This document shows positions 1-11,820 of a stretch of 64,000 nt of DNA, in pieces. The translations under genes were made by a program, and so were the position numbers. Under the pieces are notes generated by a model. That model had not been told where the DNA came from. It searched no databases and worked only from the letters and a program-made list of their open reading frames with translations. Position 1 is the stretch's first letter. Each line of letters starts with the position of its first letter. The DNA is taken from the NCBI RefSeq assembly GCF_006345805.1, contig NC_043007.1:1-64000 (forward strand). The letters are read 5' to 3'. This DNA comes from Octopus sinensis. Taxonomy: Eukaryota.

Positions 1-136
1 ATATGGAAAAGAGATGTCTCATGTATTCAGTGATTCGTCGAGAATTGTTAGGTCGTCGCTCGCTGTGAGAGTACAAGGAAATTATAGGATTGCGCTGAGT
101 AAGGAAAAAAAGTTTATTCTGTTCAACGGAAATTCC

Positions 137-556
137 GGATCTTTTCGGTTCGAACGGCAGTTTTTTAAAATAATTTCCACGTAACTAAACACTTTTAAAC
201 TTCGTATACTGGTAGAATGTGCTTATAAAACATCTTTTTCTCTTGGCTTTATTTAGAAAATTCTATAGTTTGTAAGATATTTGTTATTTTTTTTTCTTCA
301 ATTTCTGCAATTTCAACCAATAAATGACGTCTATTGAGGTGAAAAAACATTCTGTGCCGTATGAATATGCCCCTCGTTTAAGAAACAGATTGGGGTTTAT
401 TTAACATTTCTGAAGAAAAAAAGATAACCCTTCCCCCCACCCCTAACCCTAAGCCTAAAACAGATTGGAATGCAATAGATCGATATACTAGGGTAATAAT
501 ATGGGTGTGAAGTTTCAATGACACCGCTAGAAAAAACGCAGTTCAAACCAAAGACC
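137..556. mobile_element. Non-autonomous TIR DNA transposon (MITE), Merlin-like, copy 1
   Basis: Imperfect TIRs GGATCTTTTCGGTTCGAAC / GTTCAAACCAAAGACC. Internal CCTAACCCTAAGCCTAA. Colinear with an inverted copy at 24845-25263. Flanked by a 32-bp direct repeat (105-136 / 558-589). Confidence 0.75.
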
Positions 557-980
557 AAAAAAAAGTTTATTCTGTTCAACGGAAATTCCCTACTCTATAC
601 GCTATAAATAGTGACAATATACTACGTAAACGGAACGAAAGAATAGGTCGACAAGTGAACCTTTTTCGCTAAAGACAATAGCCGAGTCTCCCTCAAACAA
701 TATTCGACTAATACAAGGTAACTATGGTTCTGGCGTTGTGGTTAAAAAGCATGTTTTGCAAACACGTAGTTGCGGGTTCATTCCACTGCGCATTTTTTTT
801 ACAATGGCCCCGAGCCATGTCTTCACCCGTGTGTTTCGAGTTATACAAAATATAATCATTCATTTTCCTCTTTCGGTACTAAGATCCAATGCTTCATGGG
901 ACTTCGTGACATAACATTGAAGAGAAAATAGAAATAACAACGATAACAGCAATGCTATAATCCTTTCTAGTTTGGGCAGA

Positions 981-1164
981 AGCCTTGAAATTTTGAGGAT
1001 AGAGTCAAGTCGATAACATCGACTCAAGCCTTGAAATTTTGAGGATAGAGTCAAGTCGATAACATCGACTCAAGCCTTTAAATTTTGAGGATAGAGTCAA
1101 GTCGATAACATCGACTCAAGCCTTGAAATTTTGAGGATAGAGTCAAGTCGATAACATCGACTCA
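981..1164. repeat. Tandem repeat, 4 x 46 bp, derived from a SINE tail
   Basis: Unit AGCCTTGAAATTTTGAGGATAGAGTCAAGTCGATAACATCGACTCA starts at 981, 1027, 1073 and 1119; one substitution in copy 3. Confidence 0.95.
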
Positions 1165-1290
1165 TTGCTCGGCTGGTAGTTTTTTTTATCGACAAGAAAG
1201 GCTGAAAGGCAAAGTCAACCTCATCGGAATTTGATTCGGGAAACGAAATGGAGCTGAGCGTTCTGTCCGGTGTCCTAAAGACTCGTCGCT
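981..1290 (-). mobile_element. SINE group A/D, degraded
   Basis: Core AAAGGCAAAGTCAACCTC..GGAATTTGA in reverse orientation, shared with the many group A copies. Confidence 0.7.
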
Positions 1291-1454
1291 CAACAACGAA
1301 ATATTGAACACAGAAAAAAACCCAGCATTGTTTGAATGAAGGCTTAGGTGCAAAGGTATCTTCTCGAACGCCATGTCCGTTACAGGATTAAACAAATATA
1401 ATAACGTCCACACAAGACGATGGAGATAAACCTCTTACATGAATAACAGCAGCA

Positions 1455-1800
1455 GTGGAGGCGAAATGGCCCAGTGTGTTTATTGAGCGAAAACACCTAA
1501 AGCTCCACGAAGCTCCGGCAGGGGGTGGTGGCGACCCCTGTTGTACTCTTTCGCTCCAACTTTCTCTCACTCTTTCTTCTTTGTTTCTTGTCCCCGACTT
1601 CCTACGCAACCGCTGAGCCTGGATGCGCATTCATCCATCCGTCGATGCTCTCGGTGTGTCGGGGGTTGACCTACTTTCTCTTCTGCGGGTCTTACGAATA
1701 GCAAAAGACCACGTTTCGGACTTCTCTCACTCTGTGACGAAGACCGCTTCGCTCAACAAACAAACAAACAAACAAACACACAGCAATAACAACAACAGCG
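1455..1800 (+). mobile_element. SINE group C, tail type 2, tRNA region partly deleted
   Basis: GTGGAGGCG.AATGGCCCAGT head, GCTCCACGAAGCTCCGGCAGGGG body; tail matches 32781-33172; ends in (CAAA)n/(AAC)n. Confidence 0.85.
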
Positions 1801-2098
1801 ACAGTTGAAGTAACATGAGTGTTAATAACAAAATTGATCGACCGAAATAATCGTCATTTCTATGCAATTATGGAAGTGTCATTAGGGTTGAAAACAAACA
1901 GGACGTCATTCGAAGAATACAGGATAAAATGGCGTCATTTGTTATCACATTTAATAATTATAAAAAAAAAGCTTTTCATAATATTTTAAATTCTGAATAC
2001 AAAAGCATGATAAGAATAGCAGTTTACGTTGATATTATGGGTAAATTAGTTTTAAATATTCTATTTAGTATATTTAATTAGGTAATTGCGGCATCTGG

Positions 2099-2221
2099 CA
2101 TATATATATATATATATTACATATATTTGTGTGTGTGTGTATATATATAACATATATAGTATTGTATATACTGTGCATATATATATTGTATGTATATATA
2201 TGTATATATATAAATAAATAA

Positions 2222-2269
<48 letters not shown>

Positions 2270-2420
2270 CATACATACATAATATATAACGAGAGAAATA
2301 AGAGAGATTGTGTGAGATAGAGAGACGGAGAGAGAGAGGAAGAGAGAGATAGGGATAGATAGATAGATAGAAAGAGAGAGAGAGAGAGAGAGATAAAGTG
2401 AGACAGAGAGAGAGAAAGGC
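2099..2420. repeat. Compound (TA)n/(GA)n microsatellite
   Basis: Direct reading. Confidence 0.95.
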
Positions 2421-3114
2421 TGTGAGGGAGATTGGATAATGAAACCATAAGGATCTTTTACCTGCATTCTTCCATGTTTTGTGTCGAAACTGCCATTCAC
2501 TTGGCGCTTATTTTGTTTTAAATGTTACACGGCTACTATTGCAGCGACAACTGCTGCTACTGCCACTGCTGCTGCTGTTGTTGTTGTTGGAGACAGCGGC
2601 GGTGGTGGTGTTTTGTTGGTTTTCTACTTGATATAACCAACACGCATATTCCCGTTTCCAATTCACAGCGCTGATTTAGGAATCTTAAATCAACCATCAC
2701 ACTATGAGACAAAAAAGGGACTCCTTTCCTGTTCACACAATCTGCTACAATTAGCAGCCAAATCCCTCTGTAAAAGAAAATACAGGAGGATCAGTCAATT
2801 ATGATTTTATTCAACATATTCTCGTCTCAGGTTCACACACATATTGCACTGGTCCTTCAGTTTCTCTAAGCCCTCTTAAAGAGCCGGAAGGTTGGGCCTC
2901 CAGCCAAGCTAGGAACTTTTCAATACCCCTTGTTACTGCCACCGTGTCTAAAAAAGATGGGGAAGACACATTAGATAATGTAGCTTTAGAGAAACTTAAT
3001 AATGGGTGGTCAGGATTGGAATTCTTTTGATCATAAGGACTGCTCAAGGAAAACTGACCCAGGGCTAAATTACAGCAAAAACCATCACATTACTCATAAA
3101 CCATGCACTGATTA

Positions 3115-3772
3115 TACATTTTCAACCATTAGGCTGCGGTTATGTGGGGCCACCTCCTTGAAGAATTTTGGTTGAACGAGTCAACCCCAGTGTTTAATTA
3201 CTTTAGGCCTGGTACTTATTCTATCAGTCTCTTAGGTCGAACAACTAAGCTATGGGGACATAAACAAGCTAACACCGGTTGTCAAGCGGTGCTGTGGAAC
3301 AAACACACGCAAAGACTCACGTGCGCCCGCACATATACACACACACACACGCATACAGGAACGCACACATACGCATACGACGGTCTTCTTTCAGTTTCCG
3401 TCTTCCAAATCAACTCCCAAAGCATTGGTCAGTTCGAGGCTATAGTAGAAACAAGGCGGCGCGCTGGGAGAACCGTTAGCACGCCGGGAGAAATGCGTAG
3501 CCGTATTTCGTCTGCCGTTACGTTCTGAGTTCAAATTCCGCCGAGGTCGACTTTGCATTTTATCCTCTCGGGGTCGATAAATTAAGTACCAGTTACGCAC
3601 TGGGGTCGATGTAATCAACTTAATCCGTTTGTCTGTCTTTGTTTGTCCCCTCTGTGTTTAGCCTCTTGTGGGTAGTAAAGAAACATATAGTAGAAACAAT
3701 TGCCGCCCAGCGGGACTGATCCCGGAACCGTTTAGTCGGGAAGCAAACTTCTTAGCGCACAGCCAGCTTGCG
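3115..3772 (-). mobile_element. SINE group B (tRNA head, CORE-like segment, internal microsatellite), interrupted by a group A SINE
   Basis: Matches B copies at 3863-4286 and 45114-45597; split at TATAGTAGAAACA. Confidence 0.85.
3454..3685 (+). mobile_element. SINE group A, full length, nested in SINE B
   Basis: A-box/B-box head (GAGTTCAAATTCC), GGTCGACTTTGC core, 13-bp TSD TATAGTAGAAACA (3441-3453 / 3686-3698). Confidence 0.92.
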
Positions 3773-3862
3773 TCCAACAGATCCAATAACAAATTCCAAG
3801 TGGTTGCAGCATCCGCTAACCATCGTTAAAAGCAAAATACTTGACTCCATTCTTGCAAACCA

Positions 3863-4084
3863 TTTACTCTTTTACTCTTTTACCTGTTTCAGTCATTTGA
3901 CTGCGGCCATGCTGGAGCACCGCCTTTAGTTGAGCACATCGACCCCAAGACTTATTCTTTGTAAGCCTAGTACTTATTCTATCGGTCTCTTTTGCTGAAC
4001 CGCTAAGTTACGGGGACGTAAACACACCAGCATCGGTTGTCAAGCGATGTTGGGGGACAAACACAGACACACAAACATATATAT

Positions 4085-4115
<31 letters not shown>

Positions 4116-4286
4116 CATATATACGACAGGCTTCTTTCAGTTTCCGTCTATCAAATCCACTCACAAGGCTTTGGTCGGCCCGAGGCTATAGTAGAAGACA
4201 CTTGCCCAAGGTGCCACGCAGTGGGACTGAACCCGGAACCATGTGGTTCGTAAGCAAGCTACATGCCACACAGCGACTCCTACGCC
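3863..4286 (-). mobile_element. SINE group B, full length
   Basis: (TTTTACTC)n tail, internal (CA)/(TA), CCTTGGGCAAGTG CORE-like segment and tRNA-like head on the minus strand. Confidence 0.92.
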
Positions 4287-4560
4287 TATAAGTAAAATAC
4301 TTAACATTCCTTTATAGAAACTACAGCAGCAAAAATGAACAGCAACAAAAAAAAAACCAAAACAAACTTAAAACAAACAATTACGTCGACTAAAACTTTG
4401 CGTAATCTTAACGAAGATGTTTACATACCTTTGTAATACACGAAAAGAACGTTTTTATAATTTGCAATTTCCCAAAATGTGTACAAAAACAATCGGCTTT
4501 CCGACTTTGATTTTGCTAGACCTGTGCAACCTACACACCCGCGGACGGACGTTCGACAGC

Positions 4561-4620
4561 TCCATTATTAGACACAGAGTTTCATATGCTGATGACATCA
4601 CAGTTATTTCTTTCTCTAGT
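4561..4620 (+). pseudogene. Non-LTR retrotransposon RT remnant (YADD motif)
   Basis: Translation IIRHRVSYADDITVIS; very short, no flanking RT motifs seen. Confidence 0.4.
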
Positions 4621-4767
4621 TAATTCCCATAGCTTCAAAATTCCTGTAGCTCCATCTCGACAACAGAGACACCTGCATTCCGAACTCGTTTAAAAACAAG
4701 ATGTACCAAATTTACAGTGATGTCTTTTCTCAGTTTCGTGTATTTTCAAACATCACACACAAAATCA

Positions 4768-4952
4768 TAAATAATAATAATAATAATAATGATAATAATA
4801 ATAATAATAATGATAATAATAATAATAATAATAATTATAACAATAATAATAATGATAATAATAATAATAATAATAATAACAACAATAATAATAATAATAA
4901 TGATAATAATAATAATAATAATTTTAATAATAAAATGATGATATAATAATTG

Positions 4953-5003
<51 letters not shown>

Positions 5004-5007
5004 TAAT
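4768..5007. repeat. (AAT)n microsatellite
   Basis: Direct reading; resumes at 5342-5391. Confidence 0.95.
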
Positions 5008-5341
5008 GGTGGGAGCATCATAGCCATGTGTTGAGAGGGATTCTTTGGGGTTTGAATAGTTCACCTCTGGAAACATGGGTGGTTCTTTCAACATCCTTAA
5101 CAACCCTTATTCAGGGACCGTTTGAGCAGGATGGGCTACTCACAATGAAGAAATTCTAACTGGGCCCCACCTGCAAGGTCATGTGCTGTTTATCTTGATA
5201 TGAGATCACCATGTCGCGCACATATGGTTGTGATGCATGTGCCTGGTGTACCTTTATCAGACGGGTAGTCATGATGGGTATATTGGGCTTCGTATATTTT
5301 ACCCCAGTGTCACTTTGATGGCATGAACTGCTCTCTCACTC
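5008..5341 (+). mobile_element. Probable 3' end of a non-LTR retroelement inserted in (AAT)n (Dong/R4-like targeting)
   Basis: Higher-GC island with (AAT)n on both sides, ending CTCTCTCACTC-(AAT)n. Clade inferred from the target only. Confidence 0.45.
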
Positions 5342-5345
5342 AATG

Positions 5346-5382
<37 letters not shown>

Positions 5383-5659
5383 TAATAATAATACATACAT
5401 ACATACAAGCGGAAAACATTAGAAATTTACGAATAGAAACGTCATAACATTCACAGAATATGTAAGAAGATATTGTCAAAAAAAAAAAATCCAATTGGAA
5501 TACAAACACATATCAACCAATTCCGGACAAGGAAATGGTAAACATCACTTGTGTAAAAATAATATATTCTTTAGATGCATTATGGATTATTCCGGTCGTG
5601 GATGAGTTACCCGATACTCCATAACCATGGAAACATTTTAAAAGCACATAAAAACCGTT

Positions 5660-5737
<78 letters not shown>

Positions 5738-6039
5738 GGTCTATCAATCCATCTACTCATCTACCTACCTACCTACAACTCCCCCCTCTCTCTATCTACC
5801 TATCATTTTCGAAAAGTAAAGCGCTATCTTTGTATTTGTCCCCTCTGTGTTCAGCCCTGTGTGGCCAATAAAGAAAGTAATCTATCTACCTAGCTAGCTA
5901 GCTATGTATCTATATGTATGTATGTATGCATGTATGTACGTACCTATGTATGTATGTACATATGTATGCATGCATATATATATGTATGTGTTATCATGTG
6001 TTGCATGCAAACCACATCAAAAGACCATTCTATAATAAC

Positions 6040-6300
6040 ACAAGTATATTGGAAAGTAACGAGTTCTTTGTCACGCAGAGATATGGCAGATCTGGATCAT
6101 AAATGGATGGATCACATCAATTATTTGATCGAATATCTAAGTATCACACAGAGATCTAGTTACATCTTCAGAGGACAGGCAAAACCATGGATGAACCCCA
6201 TATTGATACGTTCAAACATAAATCTTTATACGGAGATAATATGACACAAACGTACTAGAAATGCAGCATTCAAAGTGAAAATCTGCACGGCATTATTCTA
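6040..6300 (+). pseudogene. Decayed Penelope-like RT remnant
   Basis: Frame reads ILESNEFFVTQRYG..GS*M..HQLF and KTMDEPHIDTFKHKSL..NMTQTY*KCSIQ, loosely resembling the PLE RT palm/thumb; has stops; lies upstream of GIY-YIG in the same orientation. Confidence 0.35.
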
Positions 6301-6435
6301 TTATATATATATATATATATATATATAAATATTGAATTATATGGATAATACCATACTAAATTCTGGTGCCTTTAACTTAAGTACCATATTCAACTGAATC
6401 TAAATTTTTACTGAACTTATATATATAATATATAT

Positions 6436-6492
<57 letters not shown>

Positions 6493-6610
6493 TGTGTGTG
6501 TGTGTGTACAAATTGAAAAAATTATATATATATACCCAAATTGAAAAGTTATATATATATAAAAGTTATATATGTAGACAAATTGAAAAATTTATTTACA
6601 AAGCCAAAGT

Positions 6611-6916
6611 TTGACCTTACCAACAAACGCAAATATGAACTGCAAAAGCAGAATTTTCATTTACTGCATCAAATGCCCGAATCGTGAAGAACTATATGTT
6701 GGTCAGAGCGGAAATGCACTTACAGAACGTTCATGTGTGCACCTAGAGAAAATTAGGGACCCAGATGTCCCTCAGATACCTTTGAGTAACCATCAAGCAA
6801 CATCCGGTCGGAAAATATTTATATTTCCATTCCACACACTACACAGTCGAAGTGAAATTGAGAGAAAAATCAGAGAAATGAACTTTATTAATAAATTCCA
6901 AACCAAGCTAAATTAA
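6611..6916 (+). pseudogene. Penelope-like element C-terminal GIY-YIG endonuclease remnant
   Basis: CKSRIFIYCIKCPNREELYVGQSGNALTER..H...FPFHTLHSRSEIERKIREMNFINKFQTKLN*: IY-CxxC-YVG-R-H-E-LN pattern typical of PLE endonucleases. Confidence 0.85.
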
Positions 6917-7442
6917 CAGCAATACTAGTACTTAGAGGTATTATTTCTACTGCTACGACCACTACCACTAACAACAAGAACAACAATACTAAAAGTGCTT
7001 ATGATGACGACAGCAGGAAAATACTAGCTAAGTCAAGAGTAAAGTCAGTAAAAATAATCTTATTTTTGTTTAAAGTTCTATTACCACAGCTACTTCTACC
7101 ACCACCACCACCACCACTAAACAACAACAACAATAATAATAAAGGAGGTGATAATGGTGATGATGATAATTGAAATGTAAAAAATCCTGAGAAATGTTGT
7201 TTACAACATTTCTAAAAATAATCCAACAATTACTGCTTTGGCCAGGGTCAAGATACAGGCCCATGGCACCTAAACCAATCACTACTCAACTTAAGTAACT
7301 TAGTAAAACCACACACTGATTGGTCAGAATGCAGTTTGCAAAAATTAACATTCTGGAGCCTACACAAATGTATTTAAGGCACTTAGTTTTGCCATTTCAC
7401 TACAGTTGTAAATTGTAAAACATAAGTGTCACCATTACAACA

Positions 7443-7487
7443 TGAATCTGAAGATTGCATAGTTTAATGCATGAAAGTATTAGTTCA
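7443..7487 (+). ncRNA. Minimal type I hammerhead ribozyme motif (HHR-1)
   Basis: TGAAT CTGAAGA T TGCAT AGTTTA ATGCA T GAAA G TA T TA GTTCA. Stem I 5 bp with one GU; stem II 5 bp; self-complementary stem III AGTATT; cleavage triplet UUA. Confidence 0.7.
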
Positions 7488-7675
7488 GTCAGAATGGACA
7501 TTTAATATTCTATCATTTCATTATGTTATGTTATCGTATATTATATTATTATAAGATTGTAAATAAAACGTGAAAATCAGATAAAGTTATAATTTCTTTG
7601 AGTAATATATACATTCAGTCTGCTGCGATGAACTTACAAACAAACATATATAACATCTAGGAGTATACATTTTTC

Positions 7676-7757
7676 TCCTCTGATGAGATTATGCTCCGTA
7701 AATTTGAATTTAATATTTAATTAACTTCACTGTGTATAACTGAAACAGCTGCAAGGA
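7676..7757 (+). ncRNA. Hammerhead motif, probably inactivated (HHR-2)
   Basis: TCCT CTGATGA ...(bulged stem II)... GAAAC AGCT GCA AGGA. Palindromic CAGCTG helix III, but conserved U16.1 is C (7752). Confidence 0.6.
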
Positions 7758-7927
7758 ATAATGATGGATTTGATGCTGATATTATAATCTTATTAACTTC
7801 AAAATCTCAATCTTTTTCTTTTGCCTTTGCATGAATATAAGCTACAGTTTATATACAAAACTATTATTTTAAGGAAATCAATTTCTCTCCAAATATTAGG
7901 TATTAAACCAACATTTCCTTGGATGAC

Positions 7928-8009
7928 ACCATCCCTTCAAAAGCCTAACCTCTAACCGAATTATATATATATATAATTCGGTTAGAGGTTAGGCTTTTGA
8001 AGGGATGGT
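7928..8009. repeat. Perfect 82-bp palindrome centred on (AT)6
   Basis: ACCATCCCTTCAAAAGCCTAACCTCTAACCGAATT-(AT)6-AATTCGGTTAGAGGTTAGGCTTTTGAAGGGATGGT. Confidence 0.95.
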
Positions 8010-8101
8010 ATAAATATATACATATATATATAAATATATACATATACATATATATATAATATATATACATATATATACATATATATATTATATATATATA
8101 C

Positions 8102-8167
<66 letters not shown>

Positions 8168-8267
8168 CATATATATATACATATATATATAATATATATA
8201 TATATTATACATATATATATAATATATATATATATATATAATACATATATATATATATATATATATA

Positions 8268-8354
<87 letters not shown>

Positions 8355-8360
8355 ATATAA
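8010..8360. repeat. (TA)n-rich microsatellite
   Basis: Direct reading; another TA tract at about 8972-9165. Confidence 0.95.
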
Positions 8361-8966
8361 TTAAAATTAATTAAGGGTAGAAATTGATATTAGTCAATTA
8401 AAACCAGTGGACTAGCATATTAAAAAGAATCCGAAGATTAAAATATTTATATATACCAATTAAGGATTGAACACGAAAAAGTGGACAGTCAACATGCTAG
8501 ATATAGACGTCAAATCGCCATTCTCCACAAAGATTATGTTCTCAAATAAAATAAAATTCAGCACAAACCAAAGCAATAAATAAGACAAATGAAAATATAC
8601 GAAATGAAATAATCACCTATGTACCGATCAGTTTCAGTTATTAATATCCGCAAGGATATCTGTAACTTCGTCAGCATAGCCTGTTATGAACATAATTTGC
8701 TGGACCAGATGCAAAAAACGATACCGAAGTTCCGCATGCATAAAGTACAACCGAATAAGTTCGAATGTATCTTTCAAATGCCTTTACTTTTGGCGCGCTG
8801 AGACTCGAAAAACCAGCCAGCAGCTAATAATCAGCAGCAGTTAATTTATCGGTTTAAGAACATATTTTATATTAAAATTAATTAAGGGTAGAAATTGATA
8901 TTAGTCAATTAAAACCAGTGGACTAGCATATTAAAAAGAATCTGAAGATTAAAATATTTATATATA

Positions 8967-8971
<5 letters not shown>
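8361..8971 (-). mobile_element. Retrozyme-like / Penelope pLTR-like element with 100-bp terminal direct repeats (511-bp period)
   Basis: 8361-8460 equals 8872-8971 except one base; (TA)n on both sides; contains an intact HHR. Confidence 0.8.
8617..8679 (-). ncRNA. Type I hammerhead ribozyme, intact (HHR-3)
   Basis: Minus strand: CTATG CTGACGA AGTTA CAGATATCC TTGC GGATATTAA TAACT GAAAC TGATCG GTA CATAG. Perfect stem I, two-part stem II, GUA cleavage site (between 8622 and 8621). Confidence 0.88.
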
Positions 8972-9026
<55 letters not shown>

Positions 9027-10214
9027 TATATAATATATACATATATATATATATACATACATATATATATATACATATATATATACATATATATATATAC
9101 ATATATATATATACATATATATATATATATTATATATATATATATACATATATATACATATATATAAGTAGGTATAGTTGCTCCCGATAGAATCTTATGG
9201 AGGAGATGCTAAAGGACTGTACCCCTATGATCCTTCCAGGAACAGTGGTCGGAGAAAATGGACAATGGACAGACGGCTGTTTCCTGGGGCAAATCATAAT
9301 GGTGCCGTGGTAGTACACGAACGAAATGATGTAGACGTTAACTATTTCTGTGTGACTTCTTCGGGGACAACTTTTCCTCAGCCAATTTCTCCGGAAAAAA
9401 AAACAAAAACAAAATAACAACAACATACCAGCCCCACCTTCTCCCGCCAATTCATACAACAAAAAACGGCAACGAAAAGACTGTACCTGAAAAGTTTTAA
9501 ATTAATAAATGCAATACTTACTAATAAACTAACTATCATTAACTGAAATATTCCAGTAAGAGAGTTGTAATATGATATGCTAGTATCAATAATATCTAAC
9601 ACCCATTAATAAATTACAGTAGCTTAGTGTCATGTTTACATTGGCTAATTGAATTTCTATAAAGGCATCGGTTATCCGAACAGAGATTTCAGTAATATAG
9701 AATTGATTGATACCCGTGTGAATAGACGTAACCTGATGTATGGACGTGTATTTCTGGTTTGATGTCTTTCGTATATGAGGATATATCAACAGGGCTGCAT
9801 CTTATTTTGATATCGCCGATTTGTAACTTATGTGTTAACTGTAATTAATGTGTGTATATATATATGTATTTACGTGTTACAGCTGTACAAGCTGAAAGTG
9901 TATACGCGCACACGTTTACAGACACGTTTACATACAACATACTCGCAGACACAGACACAGACACACACACACACACACACACATACACACAAGCAATCTG
10001 TGAGTGCTGTTGACGTATTGAGCACATTGGTGTATATACGAAAAAGAACAAAAAAGACGTCTAACCATATTGCTTATAAGAGCGCGCGCACACACACACA
10101 AACCCATGTATGTATTTAACGTATGTATGTGTGAGTGTGTGTCTGTGTCTGTGTGTTTACTATTGCCATACGCATCAAACTAGTGAGTTAACCATACATG
10201 TATGGATGTATGCA

Positions 10215-10491
10215 ATTCAAACTCCTGCGTAAATGCACATACCTATACAAACTCTGGAATTAAACATGCAAGGGTACATACATACATACATACATACATA
10301 CATACGTATATGCATACGCACATATGTATATACATAGGTACATACACACATACATGCATACGTACATACACACATACGTACATGCATACGTACATGCATA
10401 CATACAAACATACGTACATACGTATATACATACATACGTACATACATATAATATAATAGCCATATATATACATGCATCTCTCTCTCCCTCC

Positions 10492-10528
<37 letters not shown>

Positions 10529-10609
10529 CATATATATATACATATGTCCATACAGATACATGCATACATATACATCTACCCTGTTATAAATATTTAATAT
10601 ATTGTGTGT

Positions 10610-10649
<40 letters not shown>

Positions 10650-10660
10650 TACACACACAC
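10215..10660. repeat. Compound (CATA)n/(TC)n/(TA)n microsatellite
   Basis: Direct reading. Confidence 0.9.
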
Positions 10661-11539
10661 TTTTCTGTATAAATATCCACAATTTACACTATAACACATT
10701 GGAGTGACGTACAAATATTTAATTCCTTTTGTGTTATCTAAGTTTTTGTTTACACGAGTATTATCTCATGAATAGAAAGCACCAATCTACTTACCATTCA
10801 GTCTTTTGACACACCGCCACTCAGTCGTTCCTTACCGTTATTTATTACATTTCCTACCGTCGAATAAATCGGCGCATAGGGAATTCTCTCGGCACCACAA
10901 AACGCCAATTGATATACAATATATTTAAACCCAAGATCTTTCACCCCTTATGGCGACGTTGGCATTTTGGCTGAGATCAAAGCGTCGAGGTATTGATTCG
11001 CAATTGTAACACGTATGTATACAAAATAAAAATACATAAATAAGGAAAGAGAGAAAGAGTGGGTTCAAACGATCGAATATTATAATTAAGTGATACGCCA
11101 GTGAATTATAAATTATCGTTGATTTATTATTGTTTAGATGTTCAAATATTTGAACAGCTAATATTTCTGAATTATTTGAGGATTATTTAGTTTCTCTTTG
11201 TTTAGTTATCCGTAAAAAGGCAAACATCCAGCTACTAAATCTATAATTTCTTCTGCAATTTAAAAAAAAAACCGTTACATTGTTACTAAAATACTTTTCT
11301 GGGTACAAAATCAGCCGAGTATTCTGTTGTTCTTGGTTCATACGGATATATACTTAGATACAAATATACATGTATATATATATATATATATATAATATAT
11401 ATACATATATATATATATATATACAAATCCATCCATCCATCCATCTATCCATATATATATTACATACACGCATCCATCCATATATATATTATATATACAT
11501 ATATATATATATATATAATATATATATATATTCTTTTAT

Positions 11540-11749
11540 TCTTTTACATGTTTCGGTCATCTGACAGCCATGCTGGAGCACCGCCTTTAGTCGAACAAAT
11601 CCACCCCAAGACTTATTCTTTGTAAACCTAGTCCTTATTCTATCGGTAAATTTTGCCGAACCGCTAAGTTACGGGAACGTAGGCAAACCAGCATCGGTTG
11701 TCAAGCGATGGTGGTGGTGGGGGCTAGAAACACAGACAGAGATACACAA

Positions 11750-11755
<6 letters not shown>
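11540..11755 (-). mobile_element. SINE group B, 3' half
   Basis: GCCATGCTGGAGCACCGCCTTTAGTCGAAC...CATCGGTTGTCAAGCGATG; ends at (TA)n. Confidence 0.85.

Positions 11756-11820
<65 letters not shown>

Noticed and set aside
981-1164. Regular repeat array resembling CRISPR
   Set aside because: Units are contiguous and identical with no unique spacers; eukaryotic SINE-derived minisatellite.
2811-3047. 78-aa minus-strand ORF with protein-like composition
   Set aside because: No recognisable domain and no convincing donor; flanks look repeat-derived.
9178-9417. 79-aa plus-strand ORF in GC-richer unique DNA
   Set aside because: No splice signals or domain that I can recognise; left unassigned.
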